Assembly: GCA_964036045.1 (NCBI GenBank) | Contig: OZ038379.1 | Location: forward strand, 65,162,001-65,226,000 | Direction: 5' to 3' | Origin: Eutreptiella sp. 'Long Island Sound 2002' | Taxonomy: Eukaryota; Protista; Euglenida | Length of the DNA: 64,000 nucleotides | In this document: positions 48,201 through 58,000 of the stretch, piece after piece | Layout of the letters: every line of letters starts with the position of its first letter | Position numbering within the stretch: position 1 is the first letter of the stretch | Notes under the pieces: model-generated | Told to the model about the DNA's origin: nothing | Database searches by the model: none | The model's input: only the letters and a program-made list of their open reading frames with translations | Program-made: the position numbers and the translations under genes

Positions 48201-50716
48201 TGTGTGGGCGCTACAACCACCATTGCATTGGTGAGGAGGTAGAGTGGAGGCCTCCACTGTTGTATGCGTACCCCTTAGGCCACCGCATCCCTGTCAACCT
48301 GAAATCCCGGAAACATACGAAACAACAGCATGCAAACAGCGGACGCGGTGCATCTGCCTCCCCCTTTGGCATGCAAATTGTCTGCGCCTGGCAATTTTTG
48401 GAGGCCCATTGATACAGCGGCCCACACGCAAACACCCTAAACATCTGTTTTGCTCTTTGTATGTGATTCGTGAGCACCCTCTGAACTTCACGGAACATGT
48501 GCATGTGAAGCGCCAGTGCCCGCTGCAGGGGAGGGGTCCTGCAACAGCGAGCAGCGGGACAAAGGTCGACTCTGATTTAAAAAACTGCGCCTTCGTCCCC
48601 CACTGCTGGTGATGGATACACTCAACAAGCAGATCATACAAAAGACGAAGCGCTTGATGCCATTTGCAATACATAGTAACCAGCCTCTTTGGCCAGCCGT
48701 GGCACTAGCAGCAATCTAGTTATGGCAATCCTGGTGGCTGCTGCTGCTTGCTTCTGAAACACTCTGTTGTATTTGCAGTATTGGGTGTCAGGTGGCTATT
48801 GGTTGATACTCTACTGCTGATTGCATTTTTTGGCAGCACTTACACTATCAGCAAAATGCAGCCCCCTGGGCAATCGGTCTTTGTGGAGGATCAAAGTCCC
48901 ATATTGCAATCCGGCAGTTGACTGCCTGCACCCGTGCTTTTGTCTTTGCCCCTTGCTCCGCCCACAACCATGCCCTTGTGCCCTGCAGGCATTGGTAACC
49001 GTGCTGAAGTCCCTGAACCTGCACATTGCGGTTTTGGAGACCGAGGAGAGCCCAGAATGGCTGCTTGCACGTCTTCAGATGGTGAGGGGGCGCATGGTGT
49101 GTACTGTTTTGCGGGATCACAAGAGAGAGGCTGGAACATATTTTCCAATGGGGTTCATGTCAAATTACACCACCAGCGATGTTGTTCGAGCACTCCGGCC
49201 GTGAGCATTGTCACGGGAGAATGGTTTGGATATTCCACTAATACTTCTTTGGGGGGGGGACGCGGGATTTTTTTCAGCAGCTTCGAAACAGGGCGCTTAG
49301 CAAGTTTTGTGCGGAAAATTCGCCGTCATGCCCGAGGTCTCAGATATGGCCACCCCGGGGAGTGGTTGGGACCCACCCAGATCCCCCTCACTAAAGATTC
49401 ACCTTCAGGGGAGGAGGGGGAGGAGGACCAGTGACTCACTCAGCCAGGGTCAGCTCACGTCAGATTTTTCCAGCTCAGTCTTCTGTGCTTCCGTATCGCA
49501 TGTACTGACGAAGGGGATTGTTGAGGTTATGGTGACTTGCCTGGGAGACCCTGCTGGCCAGGAGGAGGGGTTGGGTGCGGGGGAGGGGGGGATATTCGGG
49601 GGGGGCTTAAAACATGCCCTCCCCACCCTCTTTTTTGAAGACAACAACAGTCCATGCGTGGGACTATGCAGAAGGTCGTGTTTTTCAGCCTCTAGCCCTG
49701 CTAAGGGCCGGTCATGGAGTTTAAAAGCGAAGGAATGAATGTTTTCACTAAGAGTCTGCACAAGCCAGTGCACAAAACTGGAGCAGCTTTCAGTCTTGAC
49801 ACTGAAAAATTGGCAGATTCCAAATCCGATTTTTTTTTTTATATGGTGACCACCCATAATGATCAGAAGCCACTTGCCAGACACGTCTTACACCCTCTTT
49901 GTGCGGTGTTCAGGAATTAATTCGAAGGGGTCTTTTACATTCTCATCCCAACTATGAGCAAACCTAGCTGGAGATGTGCACAGCGTAAGATTTCCTTTTT
50001 GCGGCATTGTGAAACTATGCCGCCTTGTCTTCGTCCTGACAACCACTTTTGCATGATGTTCCTGTGGTTGCGCCTACAGTCTGGGTGTTCTTTAAGCACA
50101 GCATTCTGTTCAGTAAAATTGTTTGTGGGCATTGCACTGCCTTGAACGAATAGAGGGGTTGGTGGTAATAAATGGCAGTAGTTGATTGCCCGATGGCATG
50201 GCACAGTCCACTTTTTTCTTTTTTTTTCATCATTAGGTCCTTAGGCACATGCTGTCATTTCAGCATTTGGGCATCAGCGTTTCGAGACCTGATTCTCTTG
50301 CCGCAAGCAATGTGCTGTTGATGCAGCTGGTCCTCGAAGCCTGGTTGCTTTGCATTGAACTGGTTGCTGAGGATTTCAGAAGGCCAACCACACCCAGGCC
50401 CCTTTTCCCCTCCCTTGGCTCTACCTGTACACCACCATCCTACTCCTTTGGTCTGGTAGATAGTTCCTGCTGGACTGGGCTCTGAGGGGCTATGTTTCAA
50501 TCATTGTTCAATGTTATCCTGTGCAGATTTGGAACCAGTTTGGCTGGAAGGCGGGCGCAGCCTGGCTAAAGGTTCATGAGCCTGAATGGCGGGTGTCGCG
50601 CTTTCTCAAGACCGCCCCGTCGTTGAATAAGACGGAAATTGGAAAGTATTTTGCACCGAACAAACCAATTCATTTGCAGGCATTTGAAGAGTATTTGCAG
50701 CTCTTTGATTTTTCAG
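18235..50716 (+). CDS. SEC7: BIG/Sec7-family ARF guanine-nucleotide exchange factor, 5' part (15 exons, ~800 codons; DCB + HUS + first half of Sec7 domain); 3' end outside window
   Basis: Manual splice model: 18235-18356, 19673-19790, 20073-20189, 23751-23939, 25525-25581, 28109-28312, 30464-30806, 33771-34027, 41609-41697, 44354-44459, 45681-45821, 46888-47037, 48989-49081, 49301-49525, 50527-50716. Total 2401 nt. All junctions are phase-compatible and GT-AG except intron 8. Peptides are collinear with remembered BIG1/Sec7 motifs (LKLGCESKSSKIIELCLDCFQ; LLSAIRTTYNIAL; FLARME; ENFLLVTRSL; LQRICADAKILIELFLNNDCD; SLQALVTVLKSL; LNKTEIGKYF..FDFS). No stop codon reached; BIG versus GBF subfamily not tested. 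Confidence 0.9.
19673..19790 (+). CDS. ARF-GEF exon 2, DCB domain
   Basis: GCGCAG|G acceptor; FPADVSSNQIVDALKLGCESKSSKIIELCLDCFQHMILG resembles BIG ELACQSK.PRIV..SLDCLQKLIAYG; donor GTATGC at 19791. Confidence 0.9.
20073..20189 (+). CDS. ARF-GEF exon 3
   Basis: CCCTGCAG|ATG acceptor and GAG|GTGGGG donor, phase 0/0, 39 codons; bridges exons 2 and 4; weak sequence conservation. Confidence 0.6.
20284..20325. repeat. (GTGACT)n hexanucleotide repeat, ~7 units
   Basis: Direct read. Confidence 0.9.
21180..21276. repeat. (GTT)n trinucleotide microsatellite, ~30 units
   Basis: Direct read; intronic. Confidence 0.95.
21917..21945 (+). repeat. (TTTGGG)4 telomere-like / G-quadruplex motif
   Basis: Direct read. 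Confidence 0.8.
22285..22610. mobile_element. Non-autonomous TIR element, copy 1 (326 bp)
   Basis: GGGGGTGT...ACGCCCCC termini, ACA|...|ACA flanks, subterminal GCGCTGTGCGCG-type repeats shared with the copy at 43288. Confidence 0.7.
23751..23939 (+). CDS. ARF-GEF exon 4, DCB domain
   Basis: CTCTCAG|GGT acceptor; GIFIESVTVLYNYTSFLIQRAVVQCLSLAVVCPKCGLNGDMLLSAIRTTYNIALMSRAPNVQK resembles BIG QLQIIKALLTAV..HG..LL..VRTCYNIYL.S; donor GTGCGG. Confidence 0.9.
25525..25581 (+). CDS. ARF-GEF exon 5 (IASEGEGGGCNRMFLARME)
   Basis: ATGCAG|ATT and GAA|GTAAAG, 19 codons, phase 0/0; FLARME matches the end-of-DCB IFARME motif. Confidence 0.65.
26650..27120. repeat. ~53-bp minisatellite with near-perfect 106-bp dimer duplication
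   Basis: GTCCTCGAGACAGCAC at 26771 and 26877 (period 106). Related inverted units at ~29480-29600 and degenerate units at ~25960-26070. Confidence 0.85.
28109..28312 (+). CDS. ARF-GEF exon 6
   Basis: Polypyrimidine + CAGTAG| acceptor, ACT|GTAAGT donor, 68 open codons, phase 0/0. Confidence 0.6.
30464..30806 (+). CDS. ARF-GEF exon 7, Pro/Ser-rich linker
   Basis: CCGCAG|TCT acceptor; low-complexity P/S/T/E-rich open frame as expected between DCB and HUS; G|GTGTGC donor phase 1 matches the acceptor at 33771. Confidence 0.8.
33771..34027 (+). CDS. ARF-GEF exon 8, start of HUS region
   Basis: TTTGCAG|TG acceptor; DIAQENFLLVTRSLSRSLS...SLEGRLR resembles BIG QKDAFLVFRSLCKLSMK...SHELRSK. An in-frame 42-nt GT-AG segment (33949-33990) could optionally be spliced. 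Confidence 0.8.
34430..34635 (+). repeat. Degenerate (GGGATGT)n G-rich tract
   Basis: GATGTGGGATGTGGGATGTGGGAT at ~34557 plus interspersed copies. Confidence 0.75.
35243..36878 (+). mobile_element. hAT-like transposase relic with Cys-rich (PHD-like) N-terminus, internally deleted
   Basis: 481-codon ORF. FFSIASDSCTDRAAKKEELFYVRAV (D at 36341) and FYCGDGASVVQGECGG (D at 36548) match the hAT/ZNF862-type core. The C-terminal catalytic E and dimerization domain are not seen; an acidic tail lies in another frame at 36730-36800. Confidence 0.82.
37073..37146. repeat. 24-bp tandem repeat x3 downstream of hAT relic
   Basis: AGGTCCCAAAA(A/G)TAAACATTTGAATG repeated. Confidence 0.8.
37433..38300 (+). 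mobile_element. Second, divergent hAT transposase relic (frameshifted, truncated)
   Basis: Homologous peptides in three frames: QCMHTVHAHCTTTVGVMVHCKAC; WLKY..LIRCAAC; LAMWVSGG..TLPPHIRTGVLTAFRAVY; ISDSATDRAAHKAELVYYR..FLSCQALPNGT. Cut off by the 80-bp repeat array at ~38297. Confidence 0.78.
38297..38535. repeat. ~80-bp dispersed minisatellite family (GGCAGAAATTGGGACCCTGGGAC..GGCAAGCATCAGACTAAAAAT), ~3 units
   Basis: Tandem units here; homologous units at ~47515-47672 and ~22410-22470. Confidence 0.8.
41609..41697 (+). CDS. ARF-GEF exon 9
   Basis: VYALELLSILFAGFGKRYPPPVQLVMGVR resembles ILSLQLLLSILQNAG...FINAIKQ; donor AG|GTGTGG phase 2. The 5' boundary is ambiguous by 1 nt (see findings). 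Confidence 0.8.
43288..43844. mobile_element. Non-autonomous TIR element, copy 2 (557 bp)
   Basis: Perfect GGGGGCGT/ACGCCCCC TIR, AAA|...|AAA flanks, both terminal modules homologous to copy 1 but a different interior including a 115-codon ORF (43428-43775). Confidence 0.7.
44354..44459 (+). CDS. ARF-GEF exon 10
   Basis: TTGTAG|G acceptor; FALECILNNISTTVPAELFTTSVSIFSSLIFNVRQ resembles [29 protein letters not shown]; donor GTCTGC. Confidence 0.88.
45681..45821 (+). CDS. ARF-GEF exon 11
   Basis: CCACAG|GTC acceptor; KHQITIAFVKVFLPMLTLRSSSYVQRITILKLLQRICADAKILIE resembles KMQIEVFFKEIFL.ILE.S.SSF..KWMVIQ.LTRICADAQ; donor GTCTGC. Confidence 0.92.
46888..47037 (+). CDS. ARF-GEF exon 12, HUS box
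   Basis: TTTGCAG|CTT acceptor; LFLNNDCDTDCIALFEHMVTALRK resembles the HUS box (Y/F)VNYDCD..NIFERLV..LSK; donor GTGCAA. Confidence 0.92.
47515..47672. repeat. ~80-bp minisatellite family, ~2 units
   Basis: GGCAAGCATCAGAC repeated at ~47518 and ~47598 with GGCTGGTAGGTGCA.AAAT.GGACCCT. Confidence 0.75.
48989..49081 (+). CDS. ARF-GEF exon 13
   Basis: CCTGCAG|GCA acceptor; (SLQ)ALVTVLKSLNLH resembles GLECLVSILKCM; ATG|GTGAGG donor. Confidence 0.85.
49301..49525 (+). CDS. ARF-GEF exon 14 (5' boundary uncertain)
   Basis: Open 75-codon frame between TAG| and GAG|GTTATG. Its end HVLTKGIVE joins IWNQF, mirroring EIIEQGIDLFNKK at the Sec7 start. Confidence 0.55.
50527..50716 (+). CDS. ARF-GEF exon 15, Sec7 domain N-terminal half
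   Basis: GTGCAG|ATT acceptor; IWNQFGWKAGAAWLK...VSRFLKTAPSLNKTEIGKYFAPNKPIHLQAFEEYLQLFDFS matches Sec7 helices; G|GTCTGT donor. Confidence 0.92.
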
Positions 50717-51179
50717 GTCTGTGAAGCTGCATGCCCAAGAGACAGGTTTTTTCTGCAGCGCTTGCATTGCGCATTGCCGCGTAGTTTGGGAAACCTGCCT
50801 AATTGTGGAATATTGCAGTTTGCGCATTGTTGACCCAAAAACAAAAGCCCCTGTGCCTTGTATTGAGGTTCTTGTTGCTGGTTGAGGTTTTTTTTTCAGT
50901 GGTGCCAGCGACAGCTCCTCGTGTTACAAAAAAATTGATTGTCAACACAGTGCTCAAACACAAACCTGTGTGTGCCCAAACCTAAAGGGTCTGTGGTAAA
51001 ACGTAGTAAAAACATTTTTTTAAAATTTTTTCTGCTAAATTTCAAAAGTTAGTTTAAAATTTTTTGTACCAAGTAATTTACTTAGCAGAAAAAAATTTTC
51101 TAGTAAGTATTTTACTTAGTACAAAAACAACTTTTCCGTACTCAGTAAATTATTTAGTAAAATAAACTTGTGGGCCACT

Positions 51180-52030
51180 GCATAGTTTGTCCCCCGCTCC
51201 AAAGCGTTGGGTACCCCCAGACGGCGGGGGGTATGGAGCCAATCCGCCTCCTTGTGGACCACTGCTGATTTTCTCCCCACGTTGAAGCGTTGGGGAACCC
51301 CTAGGCGGCAGGGTTGCGCGGCCATTCTGCCCATTTGCGGGGCTATTCTGATTTTCACTGCCTCTGTGAAGCGTTGGGGATCCCCTCGATGGCAGGGGTT
51401 ACGTAGCCAATCGGCCCACTACTCCGCTACTTCTGATTTTGTCGCCCGCTTTGAAGCGTTGGGGACCCCCCAAGCGGCAGGGTTTATGTAGCCAATCTGC
51501 CCACTGGTGGGCCAGTTCTGGTTTTATCCCCCGCTGTGAAGCGTTGGGGACCCCCTAGACGGTGGGGGTTATGTCGCCAATCTGCCCACTTGTGGGCCCG
51601 GTCACATTTAATCCCCCGCTTTGCAGTGTGGGGGACCCACTAGACGGCAAGGGTGATATAGCCAATACACCCATTTGTGGCCCACTACTCTTTTCTTCCT
51701 TGCTGGATGCGTTGGGGGCCCCCCATTTGGCAGGGTTGTGCAGCCAATCTGCCAACTTGTGGGCGTATTCCGATTTTCTCCCCCTCTTTGAAGCGTTGGG
51801 TACGCCCTAGATGGCAGTGGTCATGTAGCCAATCTGCCCACTTGTGGGCCGTCTATGATTTGTCCCCTCCTTTGAAGCGTTGGGGACCCACAGAGGCAAG
51901 GGTTATGTTGCCAATCTGCCCATTTGTGGGCCGCTTCTGATTTTTGTTCCTGCTTTGCAGCGTTGGGGTCCCCCTAGACGGCAAAGGTTATGTAGCGAAT
52001 CTGCACATTTGTGGGCTAGTGCTAATTTTC
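51180..52030. repeat. ~84-bp minisatellite, ~10 copies
   Basis: AGCGTTGGG anchor at 51203, 51286, 51370, 51455, 51540, 51792, 51876; unit contains GGGTTATGTAGCCAATCTGCCCA. Confidence 0.9.
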
Positions 52031-55000
52031 TCCCCCACTCTGACGTGCCTTCTTCCTCGCCTTGAATCTATACAAAGAAGGGTCTAAAAGTCCTCCCGCG
52101 AATTGTGGTACACATGGGAAAGTGTCCAAATGTCTTATTGCGGATGGTGGCACCAATGCAAAAGAGTGGAAACGTTTCATTGTTGATAGTTGCAAACATG
52201 GGAAAGCGTCTAAAAGGCCTACTATGCTCATTGTCAGGCATGAGGAAGGGTCCAACGGTGTTAGTGCACATTGTGGCACCCATTGGAAAGGGCCCAAAAG
52301 CCTCACCATGCCTGCTGGCACACATTGCAAACGGTCCAAGAATCTTATTGCAGATGGTAGCGGTCCTACTGAAGATGGTGGCAAGCATGAAAAAAGGTGC
52401 AAATATCTTACCGGTGGGTGGTGGCACACATAGGAATGCATCCATTACCCCTACTACCGATGGTGGCACACATGGGAATGGGTCCAAAAGCCGCATTGTA
52501 TATCGTGACACACATGGAAAAGGCCGCAAAAGTCCTACTCCGGATGGTGGCACAAATGGGAAAGGGTCGTACTGTGGAGGGGGGTGCACTCAGCAAGGGG
52601 TCCAATCATCTTGGTGTGGATCGTTGCACGCATCAAAAAGGGTCCAAATGTCTTAAGGCGCATGGTGGCACACATGGAAAAGGGTGCAAGTGTCCTAATG
52701 TGCATGGTGGCGCACACGGCAAATGGTCATAGCATCTTGATGCCAATTGTGGCACACATGAAAAAGGGTCCAGAAGTCTTCGTACTGATGGAGGCACACC
52801 AGGCAAAGGGTTGAAAAGTCCTACTGCTGATGGTGGGACACATAGGAAAGGGTCCATAAGTCCTACTGCGAAGGGCGGCACGATTAGCAAGGGGTCTGAA
52901 CATCCTAATGCGGATCGTGGCACACATGAAAAAGGGCCCAAACGTCTTGTTGAGGATTTCGGCACACGTGTGTGAAATGGTCCGAATTTCCTAGTGCAGA
53001 TGGTGGCACACATGGCAAACGGTGATAGAGTGCTAATGTGGATGGTGGCACACCTAAAGAAGGGTTCAAAAGCCGTACTGCGGATGGTGGCACACATGCA
53101 AAAGGGTACAAAGGTCTCAGTGGGAATGGTGGTACACATTTGTAAGGGTCCAAAACTCTTGGTGTGCAGGGTGGCATATACAAAGAAGGGTCCAAAAGTC
53201 CTCCCGCGAACTTTGGTATATATATATATATATGAAGAAGAATCCAAAAGTCCTGCCACGAATGGTGGCACACATGGGAAAGGGTCCAATGGTCTTTTTG
53301 CGGATGGTGGCACCCATGCAAAAGAGTGGAAATGTTTTATAATGGACACTTGCAAACATGGGAAAGCGTCTAAATGGCCTACGATGCTCATTGGCAGACA
53401 TGAGGAAGAGTCCAACCGTGTTAGTGCACATTGCGGCATCCATCGGAAAGGGTCCAAAAGTCTCACCACGCCTGCTGGCACACATGGCAAACGGTCCAAG
53501 AATCTTATTGCAGATGGTAGCCTACATGGCCAACAGTGCTAGAATGTTAATATGGATGGTGGCACACCTAAAGAAGGGTTCAAAGGCCGTACTGCGGATG
53601 GTGGCACACATGCAAAAGGATCCAAAGGTCTCAGTGGGAATGGTGGTACACATTGAAAGGGTCCAAAACTCTTGGTGTGCAGGCAGGCATATATGAAGAA
53701 GGGTCCAAAAGTCTTGCCGTGAATGGTGGCACACATGGGAAAGAGTCGAAATGTTTTATTGTGGATCTTGGCAAACATGGGAAAGCGTCTATAAGTCCTA
53801 CGATGCTCATTGGCACACATCAAGAAGGGTCCAACCGTGTTAGTGCACATTGTGGCACCCATCGGAAGGGGTCCAAAAGTCTCACCACGCCTGCTAGCAC
53901 ACATGGCAAACGGTCCAAGAATCTTCTTCCTGGTGGTAGTATACATGAAGCAGGGTCCAGAAGCCCTACTGCGGATGGTGTCACACATGATGAAGGGTGC
54001 AGAAGCTGTGCTGCAACTGGTGGCACATGTCGGGTGGCCAAATACCTTAATGCGGATGGTGGCACACATGGAAAAGGGTCCAAACGTCCCAGTGCGCATG
54101 GTGGCACACACGGCAAACGGTCGTGGAACCTTGATGCGAATGGTGGCACACGTGAAAAAGTGTCCAAAAGTCTTCGTACAGATGGTGGTACACCAAGCAA
54201 AGGGTTGAAAAGTGCCGCTGCTGATGCTAGGACACATGGGAAAGGGTCAATAAGTCCTATTGCGAAGGGTGGCACGATTAGCAAAGGGTCCAAACATCGT
54301 AATGCGGGTCGAGGCACACATGAAAAAGGGCCCAAACGTCTTATTGCGGATTTCGGCACACGTGTGTGAAATGGTTCGAACGTCCTAGTGCGGATGGTGG
54401 CACACATGGCAAACAGTGCTAGAATGTTAATCTGGATGGTGGCACACCTAAAGAAGGGTTCAAAAGCCGTACTGCGGATGGTGGCACACATGCAAAAGGG
54501 TACAAAGGTCTCAGTGGGAATGGTGGTACACATTTGAAAGGGTCCAAAACTCTTGGTGTGCAAGGTGGCATGTACGAAGAAGGGTCCAAAAGTCCTGTCG
54601 CAGATTGGTGGCACACATGGAAAAGTGTCCAAAGGTCTTATTGCGGATGGTGGCACCCATGCAAAAGAGTGGAAATGTTTTATTGTGGACAGTTGCAAAC
54701 ATGGGAAAGCGTCTAAAAGTCCTACTATGCAGATTGGCACACATGAGAAAGGGTTGAACCGTGTTAGTGCACATTGCGGCATCCATCGGAAAGGGTCCAA
54801 TAGTCTCATCACGCCTGCCGGCACACATGGCAAGCGGTCCAAGAATCCTCTCGCAGATTGCGGTGTACATGAAGCAGCGTCCAGAACTCCTACTGCGGAT
54901 GGTGTCACACATGATGAAGGGTGCAGAAGCGTGTTGCAACGGGTGGCACACATGGCAAACATTCCAAGAATCTTATTGCCTATGGTGTCACACATGGAAA

Positions 55001-58000
55001 AGAGTACGAAAGTCGTACAACGGATGGCGGCACACCTGGCAAAGAGTCCAATAGTCTCACAACAGATGGTGGCACACATGAAAAGGGTTCCAAAAGTAGC
55101 AGAGATGCTAGCATACTTGGGAAAGGGTCCAAAAGTCCAACTATGGATGCTGGCACACATTAAAAATGTCCCAAAAGTCTTATTACGCATGGTGGCACAC
55201 ATGGGAAAGAGTCGGAAAGTCTTACTTCTTCTTGTGCATAGTGGCACCCGTGAGGAAGGGCCCAAAAGTCCTATGGAACACATGGGAAAGGGTCCAAAAG
55301 TCGTGCCGCGGATGCCAGCACGCTTGGGAAAGGGTTGAGAAGTCTTCCTACCCATGCTAGCACACCCAGGGAAAGGGTCCAAAATTCCTAATGCAGACGG
55401 TGGCACACATGAAGAAGGGCCCAAAAGACCTATTGCACATATGGGCATACATGGGAAAGGGTCCGAAAGTCCTACTACGCCTAGAAATGCGTCCAAAAGT
55501 CCTAGTGCGGACAGTGCCACACATGGGAAAGTGTCCAAAAGTCGGCTACGGAGGGTGGCACACATGAAAAAGGGTGCAAAATTTTTATTATATGTGGTGA
55601 CACACATGGGAAGTGGTGCTAAAGTCTTATTGAGATGGTAGCACACATGAAGAAGGCTCCAAAACTTTGACAGTGGACGGTGGCATACATGGGAAAGGGT
55701 ACAAAAGTGGTACAGCGGATGGTGGCACAAATAGCAAAGGGTCCAAAAGTTTTACTGCGGATGGTGCCACAAAGGGGAAAGCATCCAACAGTGGTACGGC
55801 GCGGGGTGGCACACATGGGAAAGGGTCCAAAAGTCCTATAGCAGATGGTGGCACATATGGACAAGGGCCCAAACTTTCTACTGCGGACGGTGGCACGCAT
55901 GGGAAAGGGTCCACGTGTCTTACTATGGATGGTGGCACACATGGGAAGGGGTCCAAAAGTGCTACTGTCGATGGTGGTATACATGGAAGACGGCCCAAAA
56001 GTCCTATTGCGGATGGTGGGACGCATTGGAAAGGGTCCAAAAGTGTTACAACGCATGGTGGGAAGGGTTCCAAAGTGTTGTTGCGAATGGTGGCACGTGT
56101 GCGAAAGCATCAAAAGTGTTGCTACATCTGTTGGCACAACCGATGGTAGCACACATGGGAATGGGTCCAAAAGTCGCACTATGTATCGTGGCACACACGG
56201 AAAAGGCCGCAAAAGTCCTACTCCGGATGGTGGCACAAATGGGAAAGGGTCCAAAAGGGGTGCTGTGGAGGGGGGTATACTCAGCAAGGGGTCCAATCGT
56301 CCTGGTGTGGATCGTGGCACGCATGAGAAAGGGTTCAAATATCTTAATGCCGATGGTGGCACACATGGAATAGGGTCCAGACGTCCTAGTGCGCATAGTG
56401 GCACACACGGCAAATGGTCATAGAATCTTGATGCGAATGGTGGCGCACATGAAAAAGGGTCCAAAAGTCTTTGTACAGATGGTGGCACACCAAGCAAAGG
56501 GTTGAAAAGTCCTATTGCTGATGGTGGGTCGCATGGGAAAGGGTCAATAAGTCCTAATGCGAAGAGTGGCACGATTAGCAAAGGGTCCAAACATCGTGAT
56601 TCGGATCGTGGCATAGATGAAAAAGGGCCCAACCGTCTTATTGCAGATTTCGGCACACGTGTATGAAATGGTCCGAAAGTCCTAGTGTGGATGGTGGCAC
56701 ACATGGCAAACAGTGCTAGAATGTTAATGTGGATGGTGGCACACCTGAAGAAGGGTTCAAAAGCCGTACTGCGGATGGTGGCACACATGCAAAAGGGTCC
56801 AAAGGTCTCACATTTGAAAGGGTCCAAAACTCTTGGTGTGCAAGTTGTCATATATGAAGAAGGGTCCAAAAGTCCTGCCACGAATGGTGGCAGACATGGG
56901 AAAGTGTCCAAAGGTCTTTTTGCAGATGGTGGCACCCATGCAAAAGAGTGGAAATGTTTTATTGTGGACACTTGCAAACATGGGAAAGCGTCTAAATGTC
57001 CTACGATGCTCATTGGCAGACATGAGAACCCTAACCCTAACCTGAAATATTTTATCGTGGACAGTTGCAAACATGGCAATGCGTGTAAAAGTCCTACGAT
57101 GCTCATTGGCACACATGAAGAAGGGTCCAACCGTGTTAGTGCACATTGTGCCATCCATCCGAAAGGGTCCAAAAGTCTCATCACACCTGCTGGCACGTAT
57201 GGCAAACGGTCCAAGTATCTTCTTGCACATCGTGGTATACATGAAGCAAGGTCCAGAAGTTGTACAGCAGAGGGTGTCACACATGATGAAGGGTGCAGAA
57301 GCGTGCTGGAACTGGTGGCACACATGGCAAACATTCCAAGAATCTTATTGCCTATGGTGTCACACATGGAAAAGAGTACGAAAGTCGTACAATGGATGGC
57401 GGCACACCTTGCAAAGAGTCCAAAAGTCTCACCACGCCTGCTAGCACACATGGCAAACGGTCCAAGAATCTTCTTCCAGATGGTAGTATACATAAAGCAG
57501 GGTCCAGAAGCCCTACTGCGGATGGTGTCACACATGATGAAGGGTGCAGAAGCTGTGCTGCAACTGGTGGCACATGTCGGGTGGCCAAATACCTTATTGC
57601 GGATGGTGGCACACATGGAAAAGGGTCCAAATGTCCTAGTGCGCATGGTGGCACACACGGCAAACGGTCGTGGAACCTTGATGCGAATGGTGGCACACGT
57701 GAAAAAGTGTCCAAAAGTCTTCGTACAGATGGTGGTACACCAAGCAAAGGGTTAAAAAGTGCCGATGCTGATGCTAGGACACATGGGAAAGGGTCAATAA
57801 GTCCTATTGCGAAGGGTGGCACGATTAGCAAAGGGTCCAAACATCGTAATGCGGGTCGAGGCACACATGAAAAAGGGCCCAAACGTCTTATTGCGGATTT
57901 CGGCACACGTGTGTGAAATGGTTCGAAAGTCCTAGTGCGGATGGTGGCACACATGGCAAACAGTGCTAGAATGTTAATCTGGATGGTGGCACACCTAAAG

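Noticed and set aside
49278-49336. Alternative exon 14 starting at the TTTTCAGCAG acceptor
   Set aside because: That frame closes at a stop or needs an extra micro-exon; the 49301-49525 frame supplies the Sec7-entry motif. Kept only as a possible alternative.
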